Positions 31,273 to 44,238 of a DNA stretch of 64,000 nucleotides are shown here, one piece after another (position 1 is the first letter of the stretch; each line of letters starts with the position of its first letter). A program made the position numbers and the translations under genes. The DNA comes from the human T2T-CHM13v2.0 reference genome, Homo sapiens. The stretch lies in the NCBI RefSeq assembly GCF_009914755.1, contig NC_060942.1; one strand, 5' to 3'. The notes beneath the pieces are model-generated. The model searched no databases. It saw only the letters and a list, made by a program, of their open reading frames with translations, and had not been told where the DNA came from.

Positions 31273-31500
31273 TCATGTCATATTTTCTCTCTTCTTCTTC
31301 AAAGAACCTTTTAGCTTCTTCCACAGGCTGTCTTTTCTCTTCAGTTTCTTTTCCATCAAGGATGGCATGGACTCCTTCTTGCGAATTTCCCTCACTAAGC
31401 CATGAAAAGCATCATCAATACAGAATCTGAGGGCTGCAGAGGTCTCAAAAAAACCACAATTATATTCTTGGGCAAGACTCAAGCCTTCTTCTGTAGAAAC
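31273..31500 (-). CDS. RIT2: RIT2 (GTP-binding protein Rit2/RIN) terminal coding exon, 75 aa + stop
   Basis: Minus strand reads ...ttgttttttccttAG|GTT TCT ACA GAA = [75 protein letters not shown]. It has the Ras G5 motif ETSA and a polybasic C-terminus without CAAX, matching the RIT2 C-terminus as I recall it. Phase-0 acceptor (CT at 31501-31502 on +), TGA at 31273-31275. ORF track 31273..31482 is part of it. Confidence 0.96.
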
Positions 31501-31581
31501 CTAAGGAAAAAACAAATAATATTAAAAAGACAGAAAGAGAAAGACTCTTCAATTAAAAATACGTTCTCTACTAGAGCTGTG

Positions 31582-32082
31582 TGTCAGGCCTCTGAGCCCA
31601 AGCCAAGCCATCGTATCCCCTGTGACTTGCAGGTATACGCCCAGATGGCCTGAAGTAACTGAAGAATCACAAAAGAAGTGAAAATGCCCTGCCCCGCCTT
31701 AACTGATTACATTCCACCACAAAAGAAGTGTAAATGGCAGGTCCTTGCCTTAACTGATGAAATTCCACCAGAAAAGAAGTGAAAATGGTCGGTCCTTGCC
31801 TTAAGTGATGACATTACCCTGTGAAAGTACTTTTCCTGGCTCATCCTGGCTCAAAAAGCTCCCCCACTGAGCACCTTGTGACCCCCACTCCTGTCTGCCA
31901 GAGAACAAACCCCCTTTGACTGTAATTTTCCTTTACCTACCCAAATCTTATAAAATGGCCCCACCCCATCTCCCTTTGCTGACTCTCTTTTTGGACTCAG
32001 CCCGCCTGCACCCAGGTGATTAAAAGCTTTATTGCTCACACAAAGCCTGTTTGGTGGTCTCTTCACATGGACGCACATGAAA
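31582..32082 (+). mobile_element. Solo LTR7 (501 bp), antisense to RIT2, 81 bp from the last splice acceptor
   Basis: tgtcaggcc...catgaaa with TSD CTGTG (31577-31581 / 32083-32087). U3 structure differs from the proviral LTRs. Confidence 0.96.
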
Positions 32083-32239
32083 CTGTGGACCTCAGTCACA
32101 TTTAAAAATATATAGCAATGTGAGAATTTGTTTTAAGAGAGAATCCTAGAATTTTAGAATTTGAAGGACAAATGAGAAATTAGAATCCTTGAAAGTATGA
32201 CTGATTAAAAAATTGAACTAGAAATCAGCTCTCCAGAAT

Positions 32240-32492
32240 TCAAAAAAGCAATATAGCAAAGTGGTCAAAGAATAGCTTTATATTAAATCTCCTTTGTTTC
32301 AAATACCAGTTCAACTGCATTTTAGCTTTGCAAACTTGGTTAATTTTTTTGACTTTTTTTTTTCCCCAATTTCCTCAACATAAGATATTAATACCTACCT
32401 CAAAACCTCTTTGTTAGGGTTAAGTGAGATCATCTAGAAGAGGCACATGCTGGGCACATGTTTAAAGCTCTATAAATGTTAGTTGTTATTAT
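32240..32492. mobile_element. MIR
   Basis: gcaatatagcaaagtggtcaaag...ttcaaataccagttc...aatacctacctc...aaatgttagttgttatt. Confidence 0.6.
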
Positions 32493-33699
32493 AGTCCAGA
32501 GCTTTCACTGAAGAATAAGTTGAAGAGATGGAGTTGTCATAAAATTAAAAAATAATAATCTATCAAAAGAAAATGAAAAGCAAACACCACCATTATGGGT
32601 AAATAAGTCTCCCTCTAGCCAAGTATTCCAGAGCAGGTGTGACACTCCATAAGTCTTTGGTGGCAGTTACCCATGCTGTGGTTCATGCTGTTGTAATGGA
32701 TCTCTAGAAATCATAAACTGACTGAGGCCAGGGACCGTGTCTGTCTCACTTATCATTCCTTTAGTTTCTACTACAGCTCCTGGTGCCTACATCACCATTA
32801 GAAGTATTAGAAGAGTTTAAAGAATGATCAACAAAATTACCCAGGGTTGAATAAGTATTAACTAAAATATAAAGATAAATTATATACATAAATTAGCACA
32901 GTGGATTCTATGTTCCTATAGCTGGTACTAACATTCCTACTCAAAATTTAGTGATCCCATAAAGCCCTACCAGATTATCAGTCCCCAGAATCCTGAGTTA
33001 CCAGGACTCTGAATAATAAATAGACCTCCCAGCTCACTCATGTTGGATACCTGGCATAACTAAGAAAAAAAACCTTCATTATTTTCAGCTGTTGACATTT
33101 TGCAATTGTTTGTAATCAGGGCAGAAACCAACTTTTTAAACTGTTACAACACATCATATGGTTAATAAGTGGCTGAGCTGGGGTGTAAAAAATCTATCAA
33201 GTCTATCTGATCCCAAAGACAGCAAAGACAGGTTCTTCACTCTAGTCTGACTAGATCTCACTGATCCCACTAGTAGCTGTTAAACAGAGATGAGTAACTT
33301 GTCACATTTTAACCCTATGAGATAAAACATGTCTGGATTATCTCTCTTATTTTATTTTTTTCATTCCTACTGGTAAACATGCCAATTTTTTTTAGCTCAT
33401 TTCTACCTTAAAATAACTTAAGAAATGCAGCGAAAACAATCAACTAAAGCTAATAACATTCTGACTTGCCAGCAATTGAGCAAAGTTATGTTTATTAAGT
33501 AACTTCCCTGATTTTCAAGTTATCACAAGTGGTAATCTTACCAAATGGTATGACACTGTATAAAGTGGGTTACCATTTATTTTTCAGTCACCTGTAAGAA
33601 TTTTCCCCACCCAGAAGCTAATGACTCATATTTTACATTTTGTATAGCAATACAACAGTTCTGGAACTATTTTCTATATTTATTGGCTTTCATTAGGTT

Positions 33700-34086
33700 A
33701 CACTTATATTAATACAGCCTAAAGGCCCTTGTGGCTTGCAAATATTTTTTGTTTTGTTTTGCTTTGTTTTGTTGCTAGACTGCTTTTTAGCAGCTAAGGA
33801 GTAGATTTTTGGCAGCTCTGCTCCAGGCTGTCAGGTGGGTTCTGGTGTATTCCTCTTATCCTCTTATTTTGGGACTCAGGCTAAGAGAGCCCTTCTTATC
33901 TGGGAAATGATATTCCCATAATATAGAGCAGATGCACAGGAGGCAGGAATTATTTTATCTATATCCCAAATGACACATGGAGAAACCTAAAGTCAATGAG
34001 GCAGGACATATGCTCAACTCACATTGAAGCATGGCAAGAGTGGAGAGAAAACACAGAATTTTAAAAGAATAATTTAACTGACCACA
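33700..34086 (-). mobile_element. Old MLT1H/J-like LTR
   Basis: ggcagctctgctcc...gggactcaggct...aagtcaatgaggcagg...gaccaca. Confidence 0.45.
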
Positions 34087-34089
34087 GTC

Positions 34090-37000
34090 AATATAAATGC
34101 ATTACAGTCTCCAACTTTAAAAGACAAAGACTGTTCAACCAGATTTTACAAAAATCACCTGCAGTTGCAGTACCTTACATGTAAAGATATAGAAAGTGAA
34201 ATTTGAATGGAAATTTACACATGAAGAAAGCTGCTATAGTTTAAATATCAAAGTAGACAGTAAGTAAAAATAGAGCATTATTTGAGTAAAAGGGGAATAT
34301 TTTATAATAATAAAGGAAGACATTATACTAATTAATTCTTATGTACTAAAAATACAGTCTCAGTTTAAATTTTAAAAGTTGACAAAATAAAATCCAAAAG
34401 TTTAGTGAGATATTTTAATGTGTCTCTCTCAGCAATTGAAAGAACTGGTAACAATCCTATTGACACTAGTACACAAGAGACAGAAAGAGGGAATCCTGTC
34501 TAAATCATTATTTGAAGCCAGTATAACCCTAATACCAAATCCAGGAAAGGACATAACAAAAACAGAATTTAAAACAAAAATAACATGATAATCTCAATAG
34601 ATGCAGAAAAAGCATTTGACAAAATCCAGCATCCCTTTGTGATTAAAACCCTCAGAAAAATTGGCATAGAAGGGACCTGCCTTACTGTAATAAAAGCTAT
34701 CTATTACAAACTCACAGCCGATGTAGCACTGAATGGGGAAAAGTTGAAAGCATTTCCCCTGAGAACATGAACATGACAAGGATGCCACTCTTATCCCTCC
34801 TATTCAACATAGTACTGGAAGTCCTAGGCAGAACAATCAGACAAGAGAAAGAAATAAAGGACATTCAAACTGGTGAAGAGGAAGTAAAACTGATGCAGTT
34901 TCCTGATGATATAATTGTATACCTAGAAAACCCTAAAGACTCTTCCAAAAAGCTCCTAGATAAATGAATTCAGCAAATTACAGGATACAAAGTTTATATA
35001 CACGAATCAGTAGCTCTGCTATATACCAACAGCGACCAAGCTGATAATCAAATCAATAAGATAACCTGTTTTACAATAGCTGCTAAATAAATAAATAAAA
35101 TACTTAAGAATATACCAAACCAAGGAAGTGAAAGACCTCTACAAGGAAAACTACAGAACACTGTTCAAAGAAATCATAGACGACACAAACAAATGAAAAC
35201 ACATCCCATGCTCGTGGATGGGTAGAATCAATACTGTGAAAATGACCATGCTGCCAAAAGCAATCTATAAATGCAATTTCCATCAAAACACCACCGTCAT
35301 TCTTCACAGAACTAGAAAAAACAATCCTAAAATTCATATGGAAGCAAAAAGGAGAGCACATAGCCAAAGAAAGACTAAGCATAAAGAAGAAATCTGGAGG
35401 CATCACGTTACATTGAAACTATACTATAAGGCTGTAGTCACCAAAACAGCATGGTACTGGTATATAGGCATATAGATAAATGGAATAGAATAGAGAACCC
35501 AGAAATAAAGCCAAATACTAACAGCCAAGAGATCTTTGACAAAGCAAACAAAAACATAAAGTGGGGAAAGGACACCCTACTCAACAAATGGTGTTAGGAT
35601 AATTGGCAAGCCACACGTAGAAGAATGAAACTGCATCCTCATGTCTCACCTTATACAAAAATCAAACTCAAGATGGATAAAGGACTTAAATCTAAGATCT
35701 GAAAACATAAAAATTATAGAAGATAACACTGGAAAAATCCTTCTAGACATTGGCTTAGGCAAAGACTTCATAAGCAAGAACCCAAAAGCAAATGCAACAA
35801 AAACAAAGATAAATACTTGGGACTTAATTAAACTAAAAAGTTTCTGCACATCAAAATAAACAATCAGCAGAGTAAATGAACAACCCACAGAGTGGGAGAA
35901 AATCTTTGCAATCCCATAGAGTGGAAGAAAACCCGCAAAGTGGAAGAAAATCTCCAGAGTCTATACATTTGACAAAAGACTAATATCCACAATCTACAAG
36001 AGACTGAAAGAAATCCGCAAGAAAAAAACAAACAATCCCATCAAAAAGTGGGCTAAGGACCTGAATAGACAATTCTCAAAAGAAGATACACAAATGACCA
36101 ACAAAAATATGAAAAAATACTCAACATCAGTAATGATCAGGGAAATACAAATCAAAACCACATGCAATACCACCTTACTCCTGCACGAATGGTCATTATC
36201 AAAAAAAAACAAACAATAATAGATGTTAGCATGGATGTGGTTAAAAGGGTACACTTTTACACTGCTGGTGGGAACTTAAACTAGTACAAACACTATGTAA
36301 AACAGTGTGGAGATTCTGTAAAGAACTAAAAGTAGAACTACCAGTTGATCCAGCAATGTCACTACTGGGTATCTATCCAGAGGAAAATAAGTCATTATAC
36401 GAAAAAGATACTTGCACATGCATATTTATAGCAGCACAATTCACAAATGCAAAAACATGAAACCAGCGCAGAAAACAAGTGGGAGCTAAGATATGATAAT
36501 GTAAAGGCATAAGAAAGATACAATGGATTTTGGGGACTCAGGGGAAAGGGAGGTAGGTGGATAAAAGGCTACACATTGGGTCCAGTGTACACTACTCGGG
36601 TGATGAATGCACCAAAATCTCAGAAATCAACACAAGAAAACTTTTTCATGCAACCAAACACCTACTGTTCCCTCAAAACCTATTGAAATAAAAATAAGTA
36701 AAGAAATAAAGAAAAAATTAATAGGCAAATATTCAGTAAGGATATAGGGGACTTGAACAAAACAAACTCAATTGATCCAACTGACATATACAACATGTCA
36801 TAGCTAACAAATGAAAAAGTCAGATTCTCTTCAAGTTAACTTGGAACATTTATAAAAATTGACTTTATCCTAAAGTGAATCTCAAAACATTGCAAAGAAT
36901 AAAAATTACAACATAGTCCAAAATAAATGAAATTGATCTAGAAATTTAAAAAACTCTACTAAATTCTCAAATAGTTGAGAAAAAGTATGTATTTAAATAG

Positions 37001-38245
37001 TCAATAGGTCAAAGAAGAAATTATAAAAACATTTTCAAAATATTTGAAACGAAATGCTAATAAAAATGCACTGTATCAAAACTTATAGGACTATCTCTAG
37101 CTTTATTCATAATGATGCTTATAGCATTACAAGCATGTTTTTAAAAAGCATAAACACTCAAATTTAATGATCAAAATATTAACCACAAAAAGTAACCAGA
37201 AAGCTCAGCAAATTAATTTAAAGAAAGCAAAAACAAGGAAATGATAAACAGATAAATAAGTAAAATAGAAAACAATTATGCAATGGAGAAGACGAAATCA
37301 AACATGAATTCTTTTTATAAAGATGTCAAAATTTATAAAGCCCAGGAAAGACAGATTAAGGGTGATGAAGAAAAATAAGTCATAAATAAACAATATTAAG
37401 AATGAAATAGTGTATATCAGTTCAGATACTACAAACATAAAAAAGATAACATGTGAACATGATGTTTGTCCCAATATATCAGAAATATTAGGTGAAGGAA
37501 TAATTTCTACCAAAATATAATTTTCAAAAGCTTACACACAAAAATAGAAATTCTATATTGTCCTAAACATTAGACAAAAAATTAAATTCGTGATTAAAAC
37601 CTTTCCCATAATTAAGTCTCTATGACCAGAAGCCTTCTTTGATGAATATGTGTAGATGTATGCAACAAAGACATGCAAATTGTTTACAGTAACATTATTC
37701 ACAATAGCAAAAACGAGCAAACAAAAACACTGAAAGCAACACAAACCTTATTACCAGGAGACTTGATAACTAATTTGCTATATATTAATACAATGTGATG
37801 CTGTTCAATGTAAATAAATGACATAGTATTATATACAACTTAGATAAATCTTACAAACATAACAATGCTGAGTGAAAGAAATCAGACCTAAGGAACATTG
37901 TTAGTAAATTTTTAATTTTAGTATAGTTTTCTATTTACAGAATATGGCAACATATAATTCCCATTTACCCCACATCCAGTTCTCTCTATTTTTACTTTAA
38001 CACATTACACAATTACATTTTTCGAGAGTTTAAAAACAGAAAAACTATTGTTTAGTGTTAGGAGTCAGTATAGTGTTTCTTTGGAAGGAGATGCAAGAAA
38101 GTTTTCTGGGCGCCTTTAATAATCTTCCATTATTAACCAATATGGTGATTTTTGGTGAGTTCATGTTGTTGTAATTCATGAAGCTCTATACTTATAATTT
38201 GTCTGCTTTATATGAAACTGCAATTAAACACTCAATTAAATAAAT
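34090..38245 (+). mobile_element. Ancient L1M (ME/MD-like), split by L1PB insertion
   Basis: Degenerate endonuclease region ...ctctcagcaattgaaagaac | ...attcagtaaggatatag...cttgaacaa; 3' end near 38240. Confidence 0.6.
34451..36718 (+). mobile_element. 5'-truncated L1PB (PB1/2-like) with internal deletions
   Basis: ORF2 RT fragments ([21 protein letters not shown]). L1PB-type 3' UTR ...gggtgatgaatgcaccaaaatctcag...cctattgaaataaaaa. Confidence 0.88.
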
Positions 38246-41200
38246 GCATTGTGAAACATGCAGCACTCCCTTTGAATTTGGGGCATAATTTTGTCCTCCA
38301 GTATAGTAATATTTCCGTAGCTAAATATTGCAACATTCACAGCAAATAGGATATGTAAGATCTCTAAATCAACTCAGATCACATCAAATCATGCTTTGTC
38401 ACAAAAAGTGAGTTGAGTCTGGTTAGGTTATGCTAACAAATACATTAAGAAAAACTTTTACTTATCATATTAGTTTGGATATTTATCTAAATCTAACCAA
38501 TCAGATGACAAATTGTAGACTTGTATTAGTTTTTGGTTCGAAGGTTCAATATCATAAAGATAATAAATCATTTCAAATTAGCGTATAATTTCAATGAAAA
38601 TATATTCAAACCTTGAAAACTTGAATCATAGGATGTCATACAGGTATACTAAAATTCATAGAGAAGAATAAAGGCACAAATAGAGAAGAAATATTTGAAT
38701 TCTAATAAGAAGGAGGTAGGAAGAAGAATAGTAACAATAATGTTGGTCTCACTTGATTAAGGCCATCTGTAAACCTATAATTGTTCAGGCAGTGGGACAT
38801 TAGTTAAGGCTTAGACAAATAATCTTACTACAATGCAATAGAGAACCTGGAAAAAGATCAACATATCTATGGAAGCTTTTTATATTATTGGGATATCATT
38901 TCCAAATCAGTGGAGAAATGAAGGTGCTGTCAGTGGTGCCCTGACATTGAGTTATCATTTTGGATTATTTTTGACCAAGATGTATAGGAGTTATTTCCAC
39001 CAACATAGAAAGGTAATTTTTCTTTAAGAAGAGTAGAAGTAGAGAAGGATTGAAGTTAAGTCTTTAGCTAAATCCATAAATTCTTTAAGTGTTTGAAAAA
39101 ATATGTTTAGTTGTATATCTATAGTACATATATAGATATATATATGCATATTTTATACAAACACATACATATTTATAAAATATTTCCTAATGGTTAAAAT
39201 ATAAGCATCACAAATCAATCATTAGGGACATCAAAATTCAGTTAAAAGTCCAATGTGATAATCAAGCTCGACCAGAAATAAAATTAGTAAACAAATCCCA
39301 TGCAAATATTCTTGTTCGAATGATATACAGCAAAACAGCACCTTTAATAAATGATATAAGTGAATATTTTATTTTTTGTAGCAGGCCGAAGTATACTTAA
39401 ATTGTGCCTACTCATTACTTTGATAAGTAATGTAGGAATCATCGACCATCTAATTCAAAGCATAAAATGTAGTTTCACATGATCTTAGATTTATTATCAA
39501 AATATTAATTCTGTGCTATCTAATGGAATAATAACATTAATTTTCACATTTGCTATAATATCTAAATGGAAATTATACTTAGTAAAATATTTAATCTTTT
39601 CTATATTTCCTTAAAAATTATCATCAGATCAGTGACCTAAAGTTTTTATGTTTTAAGAAAAATACCAAAAGTGAAAGCATACTTTAACAATAAAGTTTTA
39701 TGTTTCAAGAAAATACATTTTCATGTTTTCAGGAAATTTCACCTCATACGAATATTGACAAACCATACATTTGTCATACCTACCTTTGAGCTTGAAATTT
39801 ACATGCCATAAGTTTAATGCAAGAATTTGAGTCCAAACATGTCAAAAAAAAAGCCCCAAAATATTAATTTTTATAGATTTCTGGGTTTTATGCTTACTAT
39901 TATGGTCCATTTGAAGGTCATATTGCAACAGCATCAGAGGGAGTAATTTTTAGGACCACAGCAGTCCACTAGTGGTGGTCTGACTGGTTTGGAACTAGAA
40001 TGTATTACAAGAAGTAACAGCTTCCATATTAGAATTGAGAACTAAGGTAATTAACATATTCTTTTAGCATAAGATATCTTGTCTATCTGAATTTTAAGTA
40101 AAATTAAATTTTAAGTAAAATTAAATATTGAATATTCATCAATATTCATCTACTTTATATAGTAACTCCTAAGAAAGAAGCACAATGGTAGAATGGAATT
40201 AAATTTTCTTATTTTTCAAATGAGGACTTTCAGGCTCAGAAAGGTTAAGCAGTGGTTAAGAAATGGCTCAAGGTCACACATCTAATTAAGTAAAATATCC
40301 ATCAAGTTCTACTATCTTCCATTAAGCACCGCTTCCCTTCTTTCTTGCTGTCTCTCATGGGGAAACCTTTCCAGTCTCCTGTGCTAGGATTCTGTACATA
40401 TTTAGTTGATTGTTCTGATGTGAGGTTTTACAACTTAAAATAATTCTTAAATAGTAAACAAATGGCACACAATATTTTATATTGCATTTACATGAAAAGT
40501 TAAATTTTAAATAAATGCAGAAACACACCAGGGGTGGGGGTGGGGAAGAAATGTTGCAGGGAGATTATTTTAGGGGTAAGAAGCAATTGATGCAGATATC
40601 ATTATACCACAGTGCCCCTCAACTGCAAAGAAGGAACGTTTTTGATTTAATGTGACACCTGGAGGCCTTAGAAAGCAATGGCAGAAAAGAAGGAATAAAG
40701 AAAAATGTTTCATACAAGTAATAGAAAATTTCAATAACCCAGGGGTGCCATCTTTTTAATATATATGACCTTTTTCACCGAAGAAGATCACCGTGTAATA
40801 TGCCAGGTACTCCCTGAAATGCTATTTCCCATCTGCCAGAGGAGGCATTAGAACACAGCCACAGCTGCATGGGGGGTTGATGAGACCACTGGGGCAAAAA
40901 GGCAGGCAGAGCCTGTTCTAGTCCAGCCCAGCTGCTAGTGGGAAGCGGCAAGCATCCTGGCCAATTAGACTTTCAGTCCCAACAATCTGCTGACTTCAGG
41001 AGCTTTCTAGCTCTCTGCATATTTTTATCTTTTACCCGAGCTTGGTAAAAATAAAATACAATAAATTAAATTAAATTAAATTATTGTAAAGGTAGCCAGG
41101 GTAATGGTGGTTGCCTAATAAGCTATATAATTCCTAGCAACACAAAAGGAAACTCTGACACTGCTTTGCTATAATTGCTAACCTTGAGTGAGGGAGTGAG

Positions 41201-42689
41201 GGAGACTGGCAGAAAGATGGGTCTGGCTCTTCCAACAGAAGCTTTGCAAGCAAAAATCTTAGTGGTTATGCCTACTGGGTGCTGTTAAAATGCTTAGTGC
41301 ATACAGCAAACTCTTTGGATTTATTTTATATTTTTAATATCTTCTTGTAAGTGTTTCACTGCATTATTTCCCATGGAGCTATTAATTTTCATTATGCAGT
41401 CTACATCATCAAAGTAGCAGGAATCAAAATTTCCTGAGAAATTTGTGAACAACACATCTTATTTGCTAACTTGAAGGAAAAGTGGCCCGAACTTTTTTCT
41501 ATTTTCATTTTGTTTAGTTGTATAATTGATTTTGATCAGTTTTAATAATATTAATGACCTTGCCAGTTTTCTTGACCAGTTCTAGTGAAAGTGCTTTTGA
41601 TTTATTAAATTTGATTTATTCACTTATTTAATACGAGAGTTACTTTAAAAAAAGAAAATCATCTTCCATTTAAAGGTAAGTGCTACATGTCATTTCAAAC
41701 TCCTTCCGGGAACAGCAAAACAAAGCAAAGCACTGGCAAGATGTCCCACCCTTAGCCGCAGTCACTGACACATGGAAAACCATTCTTGACAGATCAGAGT
41801 GTGCTTATAGGGTGTTCCTTCCAAGAGTGCTCTATCTGCTCTGCTATTTTTCCCCAATTATCTTTTTTAGATGAGTGAACAAGTCTGCAAACTAAGCAAA
41901 AAACTCAACTGGGGAGGAGATGTCAGTAACTTCTTAGCACGTCCCTCTTTTAGGAGGGATTATGTTGGGGCCTCCTTCTCTTGTATTGTAAAGGAGAAGG
42001 GCAAGAGTCCTCCTTCCCTTCTTTGTGGTAGGCAGAAGGAAAAGAACTCCTGGTCTTGGTATCAAAAACTCAGATTTCCACCTGGGTTCTTAGACTGGTA
42101 AGGGGTGTGGAGTGGGGAAAGGCAAGAGTAGGAGTCAACAGAAGCAGTTTGGTTGTGTGCTTGTGTGTAGGTCTCTTTAGAACGTGGAGTACATTTTACA
42201 CAGTAGAGCCCATCATTCCTCAATACATATTTTTATGCCTTTGCGTATTGCTTTTTTTCCCCTATCTGGAAAGTCTTTCATCTTTCTTCTCTCTCACTTC
42301 TTCCAGACCTACTCAAGTCTTTACAGACAGTGCAGTCAGTCTATGGTGACCTTGGTGGCCTCTGCTTTGCTGTGCAGCTTATCATCCTTGAGGGAAGTTC
42401 ATAGGCCTTAGTTGTTTGATCTCACCAACCAAACGCAAGGCAGCTGGACAGAAATCATATTTTGTCTTATCTTAATCCTCATTGTGCCACACAATAAGCA
42501 AGCCACACACTTTGCAGTGGCAGGTGCTCATTAAATATTTAATTTGGATGATGATGAAAATGACACCAAATAAACAGTCACTGGAGACCACAGAGTCCAT
42601 TATAATGAGTTCATAAAACTGAAATTTCAGAGGCCAGAATATTGCCCTCAACTGTATTTTTGCTATATTGTGGGCTTCGGCAAATGCCT

Positions 42690-42910
42690 ACAATTGTGCT
42701 ACAGTGGGTAGGTTCTGGAATCACATTACTAGGATCTAAATCCTGGCTACACCACTTTTTAGCCATGAATTCTCAGGGAGTTGCTTAGACTGTGGTTTAA
42801 TTTCCTCATAAAATTCTCCTTCATAGAATTGGTAATAGGATTCAATGAGCTATCACATGAAAGGCACTTATAGAGTTCCTAGTATACTGTGTACTCCCAA
42901 TAAATATGTT
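42690..42910. mobile_element. MIR
   Basis: ctggaatcacattactaggatctaaatcctggctac...aggattcaatgag...aaggcactta. Confidence 0.55.
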
Positions 42911-42979
42911 TTTGGTTTGTCTGTTCACTGTCTGAAAAAAAGACAGAGGAAATTTTAACTTCTTTCAGATCACATTTTA

Positions 42980-43500
42980 GTCCTGTTTATAATTTTTTCT
43001 ACTTCTTACCATGACCTACAAATTCTACATGATGTTATCTCTGTCTGTTTCCCCAAGCCCGATTCATACCACTCTCCCTCATCGATTATATCCTATCATA
43101 TTCGATACATGCTCAGTACAAAATCTTCTTGCCTTCAAGTATTTGCAGTTGTTGTTTCCTCTGCCTGAAATGTGCTCCCCTACAGGTCTCCTCCTGGCTG
43201 TTTTCTTCAAGTCCCAGCTGAAATATCACCTCCACTGAGACACCTTGCCTGACTGTCCTCTCAAAAGCATTCTCACACATCCCCACTAATGCCATCCCAT
43301 TACTCTTATTTTGTTGATAGGAAGGGCACTTAATTACTATCTGAATTCATCTCACTAATTTGCCTATATGTATTTTTCATCACCCATCAGTATAAAGTAA
43401 GCTTAGTTATTGCTGAAAATGTGTCTGTTTTGTTCATCTCTCTACCTGATCTCCAGCAAAGTGACTGGCACTTAAGAGGGCTCATTATTTGTGGATGACA
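42980..43500 (+). mobile_element. L2 3' region
   Basis: gttgtttcctctgcctgaaatg...ttcaagtcccagctgaaatatcacctcc...gactggcactta. Confidence 0.6.
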
Positions 43501-44238
43501 TCACTGGAACCCAGGCCATGAGAATACAGCTGAGGCTACAATAAACAGAGGAGTTGGTTGTCGATTTAGACAAATAGACAAATTAAAAGGAAATCTCAGA
43601 TCAAAGACAGTGGCTAGCACAGGGTACAGCACTGTGGTGGCATTTACAAGTAATGCCCAGCCCTGTCTTAGTGGTTCTCAGCTTCCTGAGACAGGGAGCC
43701 TTAATCTTAGACCTGAATGGCAAGTAGTAATTATTTAGGTTGGTGAGGGGAGGTGGGATGCTGGGGGAATAGGAAGGAGTCTCGGTAAAGGGACTAAGAA
43801 AGGCCTAAGGCAGAAGTGATCATGGTGCTTTTGTGGGATCATCAGTAGTTAATATGGTTTAGACCAGAGCACAAGGGAGAAGAAGTGAATAAGAGCACAA
43901 TCAGAGGCAATTAGTGAGTTTAGATGTCTAATTTATTCAGATCTGTATGAAATTTGTTAGGAACCCATCAAATAAGTAATTTTTAAAAAGCCTATTTCTT
44001 GAGCGCCTACTCTGGAAATGTAATAGGATTTCTCTCTCTTGCTGTTCTGGAGAGATATTGATTGAATGGAGAGAAAAGTAGGACATAATAAATTAAATGG
44101 TGTAGCCAGTCGTTCTGAGACACGGGATGGTAATGGCTCTAGGGTAAAGGGTTTTAGACTGCTTTGTACAGGAGACATTTGAAGTCTCAAAGGCCTTGTG
44201 CTTTTCATCCCAGAAGCTCTGGTGTGCAGGGGGGAAAG

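Noticed and set aside
31273-31500. Processed RIT2 pseudogene fragment
   Set aside because: Homology stops exactly at an AG acceptor with a polypyrimidine tract; the frame is intact; no poly-A tail or TSD.
31074-31653. + strand ORFs of 118 aa and 83 aa overlapping RIT2
   Set aside because: Antisense shadows of the RIT2 exon running into the LTR; no recognisable protein.
29725-32082. Retroviral capture (transduction) of the RIT2 exon between two LTRs
   Set aside because: The LTRs have different TSDs and U3 structures, there is no PBS after the left LTR or PPT before the right one, and the exon keeps its genomic splice acceptor.
40560-41300. GC-richer non-repeat block that might be a conserved element or cryptic exon
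   Set aside because: No motif, ORF or splice pair I can support without alignments.
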